A stretch of 39,882 bases of DNA, taken from the sequence record DRR723986_2366, one strand, 5' to 3'. The notes under the pieces were generated by a model. That model saw nothing but the letters and a program-made list of their open reading frames with translations. It was not told the DNA's origin and made no database searches. Both the position numbers and the translations under genes were made by a program. Position 1 is the stretch's first letter. Each line of letters starts with the position of its first letter. Positions 1-11,216 of the stretch are shown here, one piece after another.

Positions 1-832
1 GGTCGGGGCAGGGGAAGTAGCGGTAGTCGTTGGCTTCTTCCTTGCTGCGCATGGAGCGGGTTTCGTTTTTGTCGCTGTCGTAGAGGCGGGTTTCCTGCAC
101 GACTTTGCCGCCGTCCTCAATCAAGTCGATTTGGCGCTGCGCTTCTACTTTGATGGCGCGCTCGACAAAGCGGAAGGAGTTGATGTTCTTGATCTCTGCG
201 CGGGTGCCATATTCTTCCTCGCCTTTTAGGCGCACTGAAACATTGGCGTCGCAGCGCATTGAGCCCTGCGACATATCGCCGTCGGAGATACCCAGATAAG
301 TAACGATGGAGTGAATCTTGCGCAGGTAAGCAACCGCTTCCTCGGCGCTACGCAGGTCGGGTTCAGAGACGATTTCTATCAGCGGTGTGCCGGCGCGGTT
401 GAGATCGATGCCAGACATGCCGTGGAAGTCTTCGTGCAGAGATTTTCCTGCATCCTCTTCGAGGTGGGCGTGGTGAACACGGATATTGCGTGTGCTGCCA
501 TCTTCCAGGCGAATTTCCACCACCCCGTGGCCGACAATCGGCTTGTCCATCTGGCTGGTTTGATAGCCTTTGGGCAGGTCGGGGTAAAAGTAGTTTTTGC
601 GCTCAAATACCGAATCGCGGCAAATATCGGCATCGATGGCTAAACCGAACAAAATCGCGTCGTTAACAGCCTGTTCATTGAGCACGGGCAGGGTGCCGGG
701 CAGGGCCAGATCGACCGCGCAGGCTTGGCTGTTGGGTGCCGCGCCAAAGGCAGTGCTGGCACCGGAAAAAATCTTTGATTTGGTGGTGAGCTGGACGTGA
801 ACCTCCAGCCCGATAACAACTTCCCATTGCAT
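1..832 (-). CDS. gatB: Asp-tRNA(Asn)/Glu-tRNA(Gln) amidotransferase subunit B, 3' end truncated by window edge
   Basis: Not in the ORF track because it runs off the window. Manual translation from ATG at 832 gives [24 protein letters not shown]... and ends ...[17 protein letters not shown] at the edge, both GatB motifs. AAGGAG RBS upstream; lies downstream of gatA. Confidence 0.97.
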   Translation of the reverse strand, partial: MQWEVVIGLEVHVQLTTKSKIFSGASTAFGAAPNSQACAVDLALPGTLPVLNEQAVNDAILFGLAIDADICRDSVFERKNYFYPDLPKGYQTSQMDKPIVGHGVVEIRLEDGSTRNIRVHHAHLEEDAGKSLHEDFHGMSGIDLNRAGTPLIEIVSEPDLRSAEEAVAYLRKIHSIVTYLGISDGDMSQGSMRCDANVSVRLKGEEEYGTRAEIKNINSFRFVERAIKVEAQRQIDLIEDGGKVVQETRLYDSDKNETRSMRSKEEANDYRYFPCPD

Positions 833-844
833 CTGGGCTTCTCC

Positions 845-2299
845 TTACGCGCAGTCTGGGGCGGTACGCAGGTGCCAGTCACTGCGCTGTTGATACTGGT
901 GAGCGGCGGCCAGCAGGCGGCCCTCGTCGAAGTCTCGGCCGATCAGCTGCATGCCGGCAGGCAACTCGCCGGCAAAGCCCACGGGCATGGAGAGGGCAGG
1001 TAGCCCCGCCAGATTGACGGCAATGGTGTAAATGTCTTCCAGGTACATCGTCACGGGGTCGCTTACTTTTTCACCGATGCCAAAGGCCGGATTCGGTGTT
1101 GTCGGGCCGGCGATAATGTCTACCTGTTTAAAGGCGTCGGTGAAATCCTGCTTAATCAGGCGGCGAATCTGCTGTGCCTTGCGATAGTAGGCATCGTAAA
1201 AGCCCGCCGACAGGGCGTAGGTGCCCACCAATATGCGCCGTTTTACTTCCTCGCCAAAGCCCTCTTCGCGGCTGCGGGTGTAGAGGTCGTCGAGGTCGGC
1301 GGGGTTTTCGCAGCGGTAGCCGTAGCGCACACCGTCAAAGCGTGACAAGTTAGTTGACGCTTCGGCCGGTGCAATGACGTAGTAGCACGGTACCGCCAGC
1401 TCGGTGTGGGGCAGGCTGATTTCAACCGTCTCCGCCCCCATTTTGCGGTACTCTTCCAGTGCGGCATGCACCGCGTCGCCAATTGCGGGGTCGAGACCAG
1501 CGCTGAAATACTCTTTGGGCAGGCCGATTTTCAGGCCGCGCAAATCCTGATCCAAGGCGCCGGCGTAGTCGTCCACGCGAACATCCATGCTGGTGCTGTC
1601 GCGCTCGTCGAAGCCCGCCATACTTTGCAGTAACAGGGCGCAATCCTCGGCGCTGCGCGCCATCGGGCCCGCTTGGTCAAGACTGGAGGCGAAGGCGATC
1701 ATGCCGTAACGCGATACTCGTCCGTAGGTGGGTTTCAGGCCAGTAAGGCCGCACAGCGCCGCTGGCTGGCGGATGGAACCGCCGGTGTCGGTGCCCGTGG
1801 CCGCAGGAGCAAGGCCCGCCGCAATGGCCGCCGCACTGCCGCCCGAGGAGCCGCCGGGGACGCGATCGGTATTCCAGGGGTTGCGCACAGTGCCGTAATA
1901 GCTGGTTTCGTTTGACGAGCCCATGGCGAACTCATCCAGGTTTGTTTTGCCGAGCATAACGGCACCGGCGCTGGCCATGTTGTTTACCACGGTGGCGCTG
2001 TAGGGCGCGATGAAATTGTCGAGCATTTTCGACGCGCAGCTGGTGCGCACGCCCTCGGTGCAGAATATGTCCTTGTGGGCGATGGGCAATCCACATAAGG
2101 CTCCGGCGTTGCCGCGTTGCCTGGCGTTGTCGGCAGCGCGCGCCTGTTCGAGGGCCTGTTCGCGGGTGACGGTAATAAAGCTGTTGATTTGGCCGTCGCG
2201 GTCGGCAATGGCATCGAGGTATTGTTGGGTGATTTCTTCGCTGGAAAAGTCGCCGGCGGCGAGGCCACGAAGAAGATCGGCAACGGTATGACTGGGCAT
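845..2299 (-). CDS. gatA: Glutamyl-tRNA amidotransferase subunit A
   Basis: 484 aa. Amidase signature [33 protein letters not shown]; between gatC and gatB. Confidence 0.98.
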   Translation of the reverse strand: MPSHTVADLLRGLAAGDFSSEEITQQYLDAIADRDGQINSFITVTREQALEQARAADNARQRGNAGALCGLPIAHKDIFCTEGVRTSCASKMLDNFIAPYSATVVNNMASAGAVMLGKTNLDEFAMGSSNETSYYGTVRNPWNTDRVPGGSSGGSAAAIAAGLAPAATGTDTGGSIRQPAALCGLTGLKPTYGRVSRYGMIAFASSLDQAGPMARSAEDCALLLQSMAGFDERDSTSMDVRVDDYAGALDQDLRGLKIGLPKEYFSAGLDPAIGDAVHAALEEYRKMGAETVEISLPHTELAVPCYYVIAPAEASTNLSRFDGVRYGYRCENPADLDDLYTRSREEGFGEEVKRRILVGTYALSAGFYDAYYRKAQQIRRLIKQDFTDAFKQVDIIAGPTTPNPAFGIGEKVSDPVTMYLEDIYTIAVNLAGLPALSMPVGFAGELPAGMQLIGRDFDEGRLLAAAHQYQQRSDWHLRTAPDCA

Positions 2300-2338
2300 G
2301 GTGTCGAGTACTCTTAAATTAGGGGCTGCGGCTAAGGG

Positions 2339-2626
2339 CTAGTCAATAACCTTGGGAACAAGGTAGAGGCCGTCTTCGGTGGCGGGAGCGATGCGCTGAA
2401 AGTCATCCCGTTGGTCAACTTCGGTGACCACGTCTGCGCGCAGGCGCTGTGTTGCATCGTGGGGGTTGGCCATCGGATCTACGGCGTCAGTGTTGACGGC
2501 CTGCATGGTGTCGATCATGCCGAGAATGTCGCTGATTCGCTGGCGCAGCTCTTCGCTGCTTTCTTCGCTAATGCGAATTCGAGCCAGCCTTGCCAGTTTG
2601 GCGATGTCGCCCTGTTCTAAACTCAT
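2339..2626 (-). CDS. gatC: Amidotransferase subunit C
   Basis: 95 aa. IAKLARL...LRADVV...GLYLVPKVID pattern; first gene of gatCAB. Confidence 0.96.
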   Translation of the reverse strand: MSLEQGDIAKLARLARIRISEESSEELRQRISDILGMIDTMQAVNTDAVDPMANPHDATQRLRADVVTEVDQRDDFQRIAPATEDGLYLVPKVID

Positions 2627-2740
2627 GGTTCACCCTGTTGGCTTCGTGGCGCGTGTTGCGCTGATAACGCGCGCTTCGCAAGCCGAGAGCGGATGCGGAG
2701 CGCGGTTGGGAAAAGCCCGTAAACTTATCATACTTGCGCC

Positions 2741-2769
2741 TTGCCCTGAATCCCCGGCGTTGATAGAGT
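2741..2769 (+). promoter_or_regulatory. Putative sigma70 promoter of the mreBCD operon
   Basis: TTGCCC (2741-2746), 17 bp spacer, TAGAGT (2764-2769), with extended -10 TG at 2761-2762. Confidence 0.6.
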
Positions 2770-2869
2770 GGCAAAGTTTTTAATCTAGGGGTCAGTGCTG
2801 CCTTTTGCGCCGCGTTTTCGGCCCTGCCAGCCCGATTCTCGGTCTTCGCAGAATCGTATAAGGTGATAA

Positions 2870-3912
<1,043 letters not shown>

Positions 3913-3913
<1 letters not shown>

Positions 3914-3947
3914 GCATGCTCTCGTGGCGTTGCGCCACAGGCGTGCT
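3913..3947 (+). promoter_or_regulatory. Intercistronic stem-loop between mreB and mreC
   Basis: GTGGCG(3924-29)/CGCCAC(3933-38) inner stem; AGCATGC(3913-19)/GCGTGCT(3941-47) outer stem with one G-U pair; no U-tract. Confidence 0.5.
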
Positions 3948-3984
3948 CGTGTAACCGTGCGTTCAGCAGAGGGAGGACGCGGCA

Positions 3985-4818
3985 ATTAAACCGGTATTCT
4001 CCAAGCCGCCCTCATCGGGCGGTCGACTTGTCTTTTTGGGCGGCCTCGCGCTTGCCCTGATCCTTCTGGGTGCCCGCCTGGAGTCTATGGCCCCCCTTCG
4101 CACCCAGCTTTCTGTTGTTGCCGCGCCGTTTTACTGGCTGGCCGACGTGCCCTCTCGCTTGAGTGCTCAGTTTAGCGGCGTGTTTAGTAGCCGCAGCGAC
4201 CTGCTTGAAGAAAACCGTGCCCTGCGTGCCGAATCGCTGATTCTTAACGCCAAACTGCAGAAATATATTGAACTCAGTACGGAAAACGTCCGCTTGCGCG
4301 AGCTGATGAACTCGGCAGAGCGCGTCAAAGATACGGTGGTCGTTGCCGAAGTTGTTGGTGTGGCCTCTGACCCTAATCGGCATATGCTGGTGGTGGATAA
4401 GGGCAGCCGCGACAATGCCTTTGTCGGTCAGCCGGTGATCGATGCCAAGGGCCTGCTGGGGCAGATTGTCGACGTGGGCGTCTACCACAGTCGGGTGTTA
4501 CTGATTACCGACAGCGCCCACGCTATTCCCGTGCGAATCAGCCGCAATGGTCTGCGCGCGGTGGCCGAGGGTAGTGGTCGTATCGACGAGCTAAGTGTTG
4601 CCCATGTTGCCGCGACAACAGATATCCAGGTGGGGGACTTGCTGGTGAGCTCGGGCCTCGGTGACCGCTTCCCCTCAGGCTACCCTGTGGGCGAAGTCAC
4701 CAGAGTTGCCATCGATCCGGGTAAGCCCTTTGCTGAAATTAACGCCCGCCCCTTGGCAGAGCTCGACCGCAGTCGCAATGTGTTGCTGGTATTTAGCGAC
4801 AAAATTGCGGTGGAGTAA
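3985..4818 (+). CDS. mreC: Rod shape-determining protein MreC, probable non-canonical ATT start at 3985 (ORF track starts at TTG 4036)
   Basis: ENxRLRELM, GDLLVSSGLGDRFPSGYPVG and LDRSRNVLLVF motifs. In-frame upstream extension IKPVFSKPPS resembles the known MreC N-terminus MKPIFSRGPS; GGAGG lies 8 nt before the ATT. Confidence 0.95.
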   Translation: MKPVFSKPPSSGGRLVFLGGLALALILLGARLESMAPLRTQLSVVAAPFYWLADVPSRLSAQFSGVFSSRSDLLEENRALRAESLILNAKLQKYIELSTENVRLRELMNSAERVKDTVVVAEVVGVASDPNRHMLVVDKGSRDNAFVGQPVIDAKGLLGQIVDVGVYHSRVLLITDSAHAIPVRISRNGLRAVAEGSGRIDELSVAHVAATTDIQVGDLLVSSGLGDRFPSGYPVGEVTRVAIDPGKPFAEINARPLAELDRSRNVLLVFSDKIAVE

Positions 4819-4821
4819 GCC

Positions 4822-5307
4822 ATGGACTCTCACGCTCAGGGGCTGATTTTTGTCGCGGTGAGTTTGCTGGTGGCACTGGTACTTACCATTGCGCCGCTCT
4901 CGGCTGGCCTGGCTTGGCTGCGGCCGGACTGGTTGATGCTGGTGTTGATATATTGGCTGCTCGCAATGCCCGAAAACGTTGGTATTGCCCTGTGCTGGTT
5001 GGGCGGCATAATCCAGGATATTCTGCTTGGCACGGTGTTGGGGCAGAATGCGTTTTCGCTGGCCGTCGTCGCCTATATTATTCAAATATCCTACCAACAG
5101 CTGCGGATGTTCAGTTTGCGAAAGCAGGCGGCGCTGATCGCCCTGCTGGAGTTGTTCCGCATTCTTGTCGATCAGTGGGCGCAAAATTTAAACGGCGTTT
5201 CTCAGACGCATTGGTTGGTTTTTCTGCCGGTATTCTCCACCGCCTTACTTTGGTTTTTCCTGCGCCCGATGATGTCGTGGTTGCAGCGTGTGTTTGTGGC
5301 CTACTGA
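4822..5307 (+). CDS. mreD: Rod shape-determining protein MreD
   Basis: 161 aa, hydrophobic. RPDWLMLVLIYW and DILLGTVLGQNA motifs; follows mreC. Confidence 0.96.
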   Translation: MDSHAQGLIFVAVSLLVALVLTIAPLSAGLAWLRPDWLMLVLIYWLLAMPENVGIALCWLGGIIQDILLGTVLGQNAFSLAVVAYIIQISYQQLRMFSLRKQAALIALLELFRILVDQWAQNLNGVSQTHWLVFLPVFSTALLWFFLRPMMSWLQRVFVAY

Positions 5308-5308
5308 T

Positions 5309-5890
5309 ATGACCTTGATCCTTGCTTCTGCGTCACCGCGGCGCGCTGACCTGCTGGGGCAGTTGGGGTTGTCGGCAAAGATTTGCCCTGCCGACATCGA
5401 TGAGAGCGTTCGCCTCGGTGAGCGCCCCGATGACTACGTGCTGCGAATGGCGCAAGAAAAAGCCGACGTGATTGCGCAGCGATACCCCTCGGCAGTGGTA
5501 TTGGCTGCCGATACTGCCATTGACCTCGACGGACGTATTCTCGGCAAACCTAGCAACCGCGCGGAAGCTGCGAAGATGTTGTGCGCCTTAAGTGATCGCG
5601 GTCACCGAGTGCTCAGCGCAATAGCGGTGTCGCAAGGTGGTGTGCAGCACGCTGAGTTAGTGGCAACAGAGGTATTTTTTGGCCCCTTGAGCAAGCGCGA
5701 TATCAATGATTATCTCGCAAGCGGAGAGGCCGATGACAAAGCGGGCAGCTATGCTATACAGGGGCGTGCCGCACAGTTTGTTCAGCGTATCAATGGCAGT
5801 TACAGTGGGGTGGTAGGGCTACCGCTATACGAGACCCGTAAAGCGCTGCGCGAGGTGGGTATAGAACCCCCGACAGCATTGGCAGAGTGA
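5309..5890 (+). CDS. maf: Maf/YhdE nucleoside triphosphate pyrophosphatase
   Basis: LILASASPRRADLL, AADT, LGKP, DKAGSYAIQG, GSYSGVVGLP. ATG at 5309, just after the mreD stop. Confidence 0.95.
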   Translation: MTLILASASPRRADLLGQLGLSAKICPADIDESVRLGERPDDYVLRMAQEKADVIAQRYPSAVVLAADTAIDLDGRILGKPSNRAEAAKMLCALSDRGHRVLSAIAVSQGGVQHAELVATEVFFGPLSKRDINDYLASGEADDKAGSYAIQGRAAQFVQRINGSYSGVVGLPLYETRKALREVGIEPPTALAE

Positions 5891-5894
5891 AACC

Positions 5895-7370
5895 ATGAGC
5901 GAAGAAATACTGATTAACGTAACGCCGGTTGAAACGCGGGTTGCGGTCGTTGAAAACGGGGTGTTGCAGGAAGTCTATATCGAACGTACCCGCTCTAAAG
6001 GCATTGTTGGAAATATCTACCAAGGCAAGGTCGTAAGAGTGCTGCCCGGCATGCAGGCGGCGTTTGTTGAAGTGGGCCTGGAGCGAACCAGTTTTATTCA
6101 CGCCTCAGATATTGTCGCCCTTGAGCAAGAGGGCGGTGAGCACGCAGATATTCGCAGCAAAATCCGCGAGGGTCAGCAGCTCACCGTTCAAGTCACCAAG
6201 GATCCTATGGGAACCAAAGGGGCGCGTTTGAGTACCCGCTTGTCGGTGTCGTCGCGGTACTTGGTTTATATGCCAGGGGCGTCCCACCTCGGTGTGTCTC
6301 ACCGCATTGACGATGAAGACGAGCGGCAGCGCCTGCGAGATTTGATGGAGAACATCCTGCGGGACGGCGATGACGATGAGCCTTTAGTACTGACGGATGG
6401 CTACATTCTGCGCACCGCTGCCGAAGGGGCGGGCGAGGATGAACTGCGCGCGGATGTCGCGTTTTTGCGGCGGCTATGGCTGGCGGTAGAGCGTCGTATG
6501 AAGCGTGATACGGCACCCTCAGTAATCTATGAAGACCTGCCGCTGTTTATGCGGACAATGCGTGATTTGGTGCATCCCGGGTTGGAAAAAATCCGCATCG
6601 ATTCCCGGGAGAGTTTCCAGCGTGTCGATGAGTTTGCCAAAGACTATCTGCCAGAGATTCGCTCTAAGCTAGAGTACTACCCCGGTGAACGCCCGATTTT
6701 CGACCTGTACAGCGTTGAAGACGAGATTCAGCGCGCCCTTGGCCGCAAGGTTGAATTGAAGTCCGGGGGCTACCTGATTATCGACCAGACCGAGGCGATG
6801 ACCACCATCGACATTAATACCGGGGCATTTGTCGGTCATCGCAACCTGGAAGAAACCATATTTAAAACGAACCTCGAAGCGGCGGCAGCGCTGGCTCGCC
6901 AGCTTCGCCTGCGCAATTTGGGCGGCATTATTATTATCGACTTTATCGATATGAAAGATGCTGAGCACCGTCGGCAGGTATTGCGCGCGCTAGAACGGGC
7001 GATGGAGAAGGATTACGCGAAGACCAGTATTACCGGGGTCTCTGAGCTGGGCCTGGTTGAGATGACGCGCAAGCGTACTCGCGAGAGCCTGGAACACGTG
7101 CTGTGTGAAACCTGCCATTACTGTCACGGCCGCGGTTCATTGAAGTCGCCGGAGACGGTGTGTTACGAGGTGTTTCGAGAAATACTGCGCGAAGCCCGAG
7201 CCTATGAGAGTAACAGTCTATTAGTGCTGGCGTCGCAGGAGGTGGTCGACCGCTTGTTAGATGAGGAGTCGGCCAGCGTTGCCGATTTAGAAGAATTTAT
7301 CGGTGCCAGTATTCGCTTTCAGGTTGAGGCGATGTACACCCAGGAACAGTTCGATGTCGTTCTGCTGTAA
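5895..7370 (+). CDS. rng: Ribonuclease G
   Basis: 491 aa. EILINVTPVETRVA, S1 domain GNIYQGKVVRVLPGMQAAFV, IDINTG, GGIIIIDFIDM, Zn-link CHYC. Confidence 0.98.
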   Translation: MSEEILINVTPVETRVAVVENGVLQEVYIERTRSKGIVGNIYQGKVVRVLPGMQAAFVEVGLERTSFIHASDIVALEQEGGEHADIRSKIREGQQLTVQVTKDPMGTKGARLSTRLSVSSRYLVYMPGASHLGVSHRIDDEDERQRLRDLMENILRDGDDDEPLVLTDGYILRTAAEGAGEDELRADVAFLRRLWLAVERRMKRDTAPSVIYEDLPLFMRTMRDLVHPGLEKIRIDSRESFQRVDEFAKDYLPEIRSKLEYYPGERPIFDLYSVEDEIQRALGRKVELKSGGYLIIDQTEAMTTIDINTGAFVGHRNLEETIFKTNLEAAAALARQLRLRNLGGIIIIDFIDMKDAEHRRQVLRALERAMEKDYAKTSITGVSELGLVEMTRKRTRESLEHVLCETCHYCHGRGSLKSPETVCYEVFREILREARAYESNSLLVLASQEVVDRLLDEESASVADLEEFIGASIRFQVEAMYTQEQFDVVLL

Positions 7371-7394
7371 ATCTGCTGTTTTAGCGCGAGTGGC

Positions 7395-10300
7395 TTGATC
7401 GCGATGCTACAGGGATTGTTGCGACGAGCCTACGCTCTGGTCTGGAGCTTAGCACTGCTGCTACTCGTGCTACTGGCGCTCTACGCCAGTTTGGGGCGTC
7501 AATACATCGGCTTGGTGTCGCGCTACCAAGCGGAAATTTTTAACGAACTTGAGGCGGCGCTTGGTATTGAACTTCAGGCGGAGGCGCTGACGGGAAGTTG
7601 GTCGGGGCTGTCGCCGGTCTTGCGCGTGGAAAGCCTGGATATTGGCGGCGGTGCCATCAAGCTGGACCGAGCCAAAGTGGTGCTCGATCCAATTGGCAGT
7701 TTGCTCGGTGTTGGTCCACGGCTTAAGCAACTGCGTGTGGGTCACATTGAGCTCGACTTACTTCAAGATGAGGTCGGGCGCTGGTCGATCCCCGGCATGT
7801 CCGGTGGCGGTGGCGGGACAAATCTAGACACGCTACTCGATGTTGTACTCGCGGTGCGTCGGGCGAGTATGCAAAGCCTGGATGTTAGCTTAACGTTTGC
7901 TGATGGCAGCAAAACCTCGGTGCGCAGTCGCGACTTCAGTTGGTCGAGCGATGGGCATTTTCGGCGTAGCTATGCCAGCCTGAGTGCGGATCAAACCGGC
8001 GAGATCCGCCTAATTGCCGAAGCCTATGGTGACCCGCGCGATCGCGATTTCCGGGCGTCGGCATTTGTATCGCTTGATGACAGTCGCTTCTCGGCCCTCG
8101 CCCCCCTGTTTCGCAATCAGCAGATTATTCACAACCCGGTGGACGGTCGCCTTTGGCTGACTTGGCAAGCGGGGCGCCGCATGGTGGCAAAGGGGGCGAT
8201 TCGGGCAGATACCCTGGCGGCGGGTGCCCTGTGGGGATCGACAGAACAATTTCACGATGTCTCGATGGAGTTTGTCGGCCATCACCGCGGTGACTTCTGG
8301 CAGATAGGCTTTAGCGATTTCTCGGCCAAGTGGCGCGACCAGCAGTTGGATTTGGCGGGCCTGTCGCTCACCCATCAGGGCGCCGTGTCGTGGACATTTT
8401 CTCTGCCCGCGCTGGATTTGGCTGCAAGTACGGCGCTGCTGAGCGACAGCGGTGTGCTGAAGCGTGACCTGCAGGACACCCTCGATACCTTGCAACCATC
8501 GGGGCGGCTTAACAACCTCCATTTGAATATTAAGCGCGGCGAAGCATCCAGCTTCTCGCTGCGAAGTGAGCTGTCCAATGTCGCGCTAGCGCCCTGGCAA
8601 GGGGCACCGGGTGCAGAGGGGGTAAATGGCTACCTGGAGCTCGATGAAAATACCGGAACCGCGGTGATCGATACCGACGCGCTTAGCCTGGCGTTTCCCA
8701 ATTTATATCCCCAGGCCTTCACGCTCGACAATATGAGCGGCGAGGTACATTGGCAGTTGAACAATGACCGGCTGGTACTGCGAAGCTCGCCGCTGCAGGC
8801 GCGAGATGGAGACGCACCGCTAACAGCCCTGCTGCGCTTAGATCTGCCGCTGTCAGAGGAGGCCCCAGAGCCACCGCTAATGACCCTGGCAATAGCGGCG
8901 CAGCAATTACCGCTGGCGTCGGCGAAGGCCTATGTTCCCGAGGTGCTGGATGCCGGCTTGCGGCGCTGGTTGGATCAAAGTATTCGCGCGGGTCGGGCAG
9001 CCACGGCTGAATTTATATACCGGGGGTCGCTACGCAGTGGCGACCACGATGGGCGCACGGTGCAGTTGAAGCTTGATACGCGGGCGTTGGCGTTGGCCTT
9101 TCACGATGAGTGGCCCGAGGTCGCCGCCGAGCAGGCGCAGGTCTACCTCGATGACGGGCAGGTGTGGGCCACGGCGTATGCGGGAAATTTCGTGGGCATG
9201 CAGCTGCCACGGGTTGATGTGCGCCTGGATGATCATGATGGCCCGGTACTAACGGTGAATACCGCAGCTAGTGTGCAAGCGACGGCTGTTCAGGACCTGT
9301 TTAAGCGCAGCCCCCTCGGGGCAATGACGGGGGGAGTGTTAAATGACTGGCGCATGGAAGGTGTGGTGGATAGCAGCTTCGCGCTGACAATGCCGTTAGT
9401 CGGTGAGCCGCGTGCAGAGGTGGCGGTGCAAGCAGATTTAGCACTGTCAGAGCTTACCTTGCCGGATGTTAATTTGTCCTTGAATAACGTCCGTGGCCCT
9501 CTTCAGTATCGCAGTGATAGCGGTTTGAATAGTTCCGGCTTGCGGGCGTCGGTGTTGGGGGAGTCTATTCAAGGGCGCATAGAGCAGCGCGATGACGTCG
9601 TCCATGTGAAGGCGTCCGGGAAAATGGACATGGCCGCCGTTCGCGCATGGTTACAGCAGCCTGCGCTCGGTTTTTTGCAGGGGCGCACAGATGTGAATGT
9701 GCATGTGCAAGCGGGTGGCAAGCGCCCTGGGATTGAAATCGAGTCGGCGATGCGCGGAGTGGAAGTGCGATTGCCACAGCCGCTATACAAGGCCGCCGAT
9801 GAGCCTCGGCCATTGAAAATTTATCAGTCCTTTACCGGTTCAGGGGCACCGCTCAGCGTCGAGCTTTCTGAGTTGTTTCGTTTGCAGTACCGCCAGCGTG
9901 ATGGCGCTATTTCCGTGACACTGGGCGATGGCGACCGAGCGCCCTTGCGCGAGGGCGCGTTGAGTATTGGTGGGGGGCTGGCGTTTGCTGCCATGGATCA
10001 GTGGCAGCTGGCCCTCGACAATTATTTAGAATGGCAGTCTCTGCAACCTGTTGCCACGGCGGGAGGGGGAATCCCGGTGTTTGTCGATCGCTTGCAGGTC
10101 GATGAACTGGAAGTCCTTGGGCGAATCCTCCACTCCGCAAATATCAGTGCCCGGTCGGAAGGGGGGGATTGGACGCTGCGTGTCGACAGTGACGAGGTTG
10201 CAGGGAATATTGCCCTGCCATCGCAGCTGGGTGACCCCTATGTATTGATGCTGGAGCGTCTCGCACTGCCAAGCCTTGGCAGCAGTGGCTCCGCTGCCGA

Positions 10301-11216
10301 GCATTTGGGCGATATTGATCCGAGGTCGTTTCCGGCCTTGGATGTCGATATTGAATCACTCAGTATTGGCGATAAAAACTATGGCCGTGTCGGTTTTGAC
10401 CTTCGCACAGACCTGTTTGGCGCGCATTTCTTAGCCCTGCGTGGGCAAGTGTTGGGCATCGACCTGGGCGACGCCAGCAGGCAAAACGCCTTGCATTGGT
10501 GGTATCAGGAAAATGGTCGCCGAGGCTCTCAGCTCAAAGGTAAATTTGCGGTTCGCGATATGGGGAAAGTGCTCAGTTCGCTCGGTTATGAGCGCTCTCT
10601 AGAGACGCGCTCCGGCGGCTTTGATATCAATGTGAGCTGGCCAGGCTCACCGGACCAATGGGCGATGAGCGCGAGTCAGGGAAGAGTGAAATTCGCCTTA
10701 AAGAATGGTCGGTTTTTAAAGACCTCAGATGCGGCCAGTGGCGCATTGCGCGTGTTGGGTATTTTTAATATGACCAATATTGTGCGCCGCCTGAAGTTCG
10801 ATTTTCGAGATGTCTTCCGCAAGGGCGTACATTTTGACGACATGCGCGGTGAACTGGGTTTTGGTCAGCAGCGATTGGTGCTAACCCAGCCGCTGGAAGT
10901 CAGTGGGCCATCGAGCCGGTTTCAGATGAGCGGTAATATCGACCTCGTGTCGGAGGCCTTAGATATGCGACTGGTTGCCACCTTGCCTGTTGGCAGTAAC
11001 CTGCCCTGGGTCGCGGCGCTGGTTGGCGGCTTGCCGGCGGCTGCGGGAGCGTATGTGGTAACCAAGGTGTTCGAAGAGCAAGTCGATAGCTTCTCCAGTG
11101 CGGTGTATGACATTCGGGGCACTGTTCAACAGCCTGAGCTCTCCTTCAAAAAGATTTTTGACGTCTCACCCACTGAGTTGAAGGGGCAAGAGATGCCACC
11201 GCAGGTTGCGCCATGA
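7395..11216 (+). CDS. yhdP: YhdP, AsmA-like phospholipid bridge protein (start TTG 7395 or ATG 7404)
   Basis: 1273 aa. N-terminal TM helix, WSGLSP motif, C-terminal AsmA_2-like region RRLKFDFRDVFRKGVHFD...YDIRGTVQQP; conserved position after rng. Confidence 0.92.
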   Translation: MIAMLQGLLRRAYALVWSLALLLLVLLALYASLGRQYIGLVSRYQAEIFNELEAALGIELQAEALTGSWSGLSPVLRVESLDIGGGAIKLDRAKVVLDPIGSLLGVGPRLKQLRVGHIELDLLQDEVGRWSIPGMSGGGGGTNLDTLLDVVLAVRRASMQSLDVSLTFADGSKTSVRSRDFSWSSDGHFRRSYASLSADQTGEIRLIAEAYGDPRDRDFRASAFVSLDDSRFSALAPLFRNQQIIHNPVDGRLWLTWQAGRRMVAKGAIRADTLAAGALWGSTEQFHDVSMEFVGHHRGDFWQIGFSDFSAKWRDQQLDLAGLSLTHQGAVSWTFSLPALDLAASTALLSDSGVLKRDLQDTLDTLQPSGRLNNLHLNIKRGEASSFSLRSELSNVALAPWQGAPGAEGVNGYLELDENTGTAVIDTDALSLAFPNLYPQAFTLDNMSGEVHWQLNNDRLVLRSSPLQARDGDAPLTALLRLDLPLSEEAPEPPLMTLAIAAQQLPLASAKAYVPEVLDAGLRRWLDQSIRAGRAATAEFIYRGSLRSGDHDGRTVQLKLDTRALALAFHDEWPEVAAEQAQVYLDDGQVWATAYAGNFVGMQLPRVDVRLDDHDGPVLTVNTAASVQATAVQDLFKRSPLGAMTGGVLNDWRMEGVVDSSFALTMPLVGEPRAEVAVQADLALSELTLPDVNLSLNNVRGPLQYRSDSGLNSSGLRASVLGESIQGRIEQRDDVVHVKASGKMDMAAVRAWLQQPALGFLQGRTDVNVHVQAGGKRPGIEIESAMRGVEVRLPQPLYKAADEPRPLKIYQSFTGSGAPLSVELSELFRLQYRQRDGAISVTLGDGDRAPLREGALSIGGGLAFAAMDQWQLALDNYLEWQSLQPVATAGGGIPVFVDRLQVDELEVLGRILHSANISARSEGGDWTLRVDSDEVAGNIALPSQLGDPYVLMLERLALPSLGSSGSAAEHLGDIDPRSFPALDVDIESLSIGDKNYGRVGFDLRTDLFGAHFLALRGQVLGIDLGDASRQNALHWWYQENGRRGSQLKGKFAVRDMGKVLSSLGYERSLETRSGGFDINVSWPGSPDQWAMSASQGRVKFALKNGRFLKTSDAASGALRVLGIFNMTNIVRRLKFDFRDVFRKGVHFDDMRGELGFGQQRLVLTQPLEVSGPSSRFQMSGNIDLVSEALDMRLVATLPVGSNLPWVAALVGGLPAAAGAYVVTKVFEEQVDSFSSAVYDIRGTVQQPELSFKKIFDVSPTELKGQEMPPQVAP

